Of a stretch of DNA of 64,000 nucleotides, positions 63,150-64,000 are shown piece by piece (positions within the stretch are counted from its first letter, which is position 1; every line of letters begins with the position of its first letter). Source of the stretch: Dudresnaya verticillata (taxonomy: Eukaryota); the NCBI GenBank assembly GCA_977862235.1, contig OZ374559.1:310001-374000 (forward strand). The letters are read 5' to 3'. Position numbers and translations under genes: made by a program. Under the pieces are notes generated by a model. The model was not told where the DNA came from, ran no database searches, and worked only from the letters and a program-made list of their open reading frames with translations.

Positions 63150-64000
63150 TGTGGTGTAGTGAAAACCCACGAACTCCGTAACGGACAGCTGGCCTAACTT
63201 TCCTACACGGGACGAGAGCGACACTACCTCCACGGGGTGGTAGAGCAGTTCGCACCGAGATGGGAGAACAGCGAGCGGCTAACCGAGACGGATATTGGGA
63301 AGCAACAGACAAGGGGGTGGTACAAGTGCCGGGTCGGACTCCGTAACGGTGGTGGTGGTAGACCGCAACGGACTCGGCGCGGGGAAAACCGTAAAGGAAA
63401 GAGCTACAGTGGGATTGAGGCTCAAGGGTTGCTTGCCCGTTTACCCTAGGAGCCGCTGCGGTGCCGCCCTGATATACAAGTCAGGGTGGCACTGAGCGGT
63501 CCGGTCCATGGGGGCCAGACCCTAGTGGTCTGGTCCTATGGTGGAATTGGCCCTGCTGGTCCCAACCTCCGACACGGACATGCGCAGCATTCTCATTGGC
63601 TGGCGCGCTACTCTACATACTGTACCGATACTCACTAAAAATAAAGAATAAATACTACAAATACTCCGCTACGGTTGGTGCTCTCCGCTTACAGTACAGC
63701 GATGCGTACCAGTGCACAGTAATGCGCACACACCCGACACGGCTACGCACGTTGCCAGATCATCAGCGTGGCGTATTGCCACATCACCCGTTACGGTTGG
63801 CTCGCCATCGGCGTGCGGCATGCGCGCCACGGCTCACTTCACCACAGCGGGGAGTCCTCCCGACAACGTCGAATGCTGACGGATACACCGGCGCCGCCGA
63901 AGGCGCAGCCACTTGCCGGCCGTTCCAAAGTTGAGTCAATTACGCCCAAGGCGGAAACAAACAAATACACGTCAACTACGTTGGACCGATTACGCCAAAG
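63150..64000 (-). repeat. 5' LTR of the Gypsy element (far boundary unresolved)
   Basis: TGTGGTG terminus at 63150, like the solo LTRs; adjacent PBS; CCGTWACGG motif continues to 63796. Confidence 0.55.

Larger units (their letters stand above)
59209..64000 (-). mobile_element. Ty3/Gypsy LTR retrotransposon, truncated at the start of RT
   Basis: gag-like ORFs, aspartic protease LDSGAGPNLI, RT start HRIEL..QAPYR..SEWASPVFSVPKKDGTMRFCVD; PBS and LTR edge. Confidence 0.92.

Noticed and set aside
63560..63580. Far LTR boundary at ...gacacggaca
   Set aside because: There is no second LTR or TSD to confirm it, and the element's CCGTWACGG motif continues beyond it

Overview
Eukaryotic, intron-poor, transposon-dense DNA; the GC content, WD40/TIR fragments and element types resemble red-algal genomes such as Chondrus, but that is only an inference. 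Nearly the whole window is nested mobile elements, and almost every recognisable gene is pseudogenised. (1) Two related large DNA elements (746-21636 and 43877-52929) have long TIRs ending 5'-AACACTA...TAGTG(T/G)T-3' and 4-bp TSDs (TCTG, CGTT). They carry no transposase I can recognise. They share a gene for a bacterial-type beta-class DNA amino-methyltransferase (full architecture in copy B: ParB-like + MTase + TNP1/DUF8039-like domain) and hold different captured host-gene fragments (COR-TIR, WD40, NAA35/MAK10, sorting nexin). (2) Two Mutator-like elements encode a Ulp1 protease fused in frame to a MULE/SWIM transposase; one is complete, with a 9-bp TSD and a convergent RGG/prion-like second gene. 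(3) A ~21-kb block encodes a KDZ-type transposase, a PIF1 helicase and an Upf1/Sen1-like helicase, with TTTCACAG-rich spacers and two solo LTRs. (4) A truncated Ty3/Gypsy element is saturated with a CCGT(A/T)ACGG palindromic motif. No rRNA, tRNA or CRISPR array was seen. All domain calls come from motifs read by eye, not database searches.
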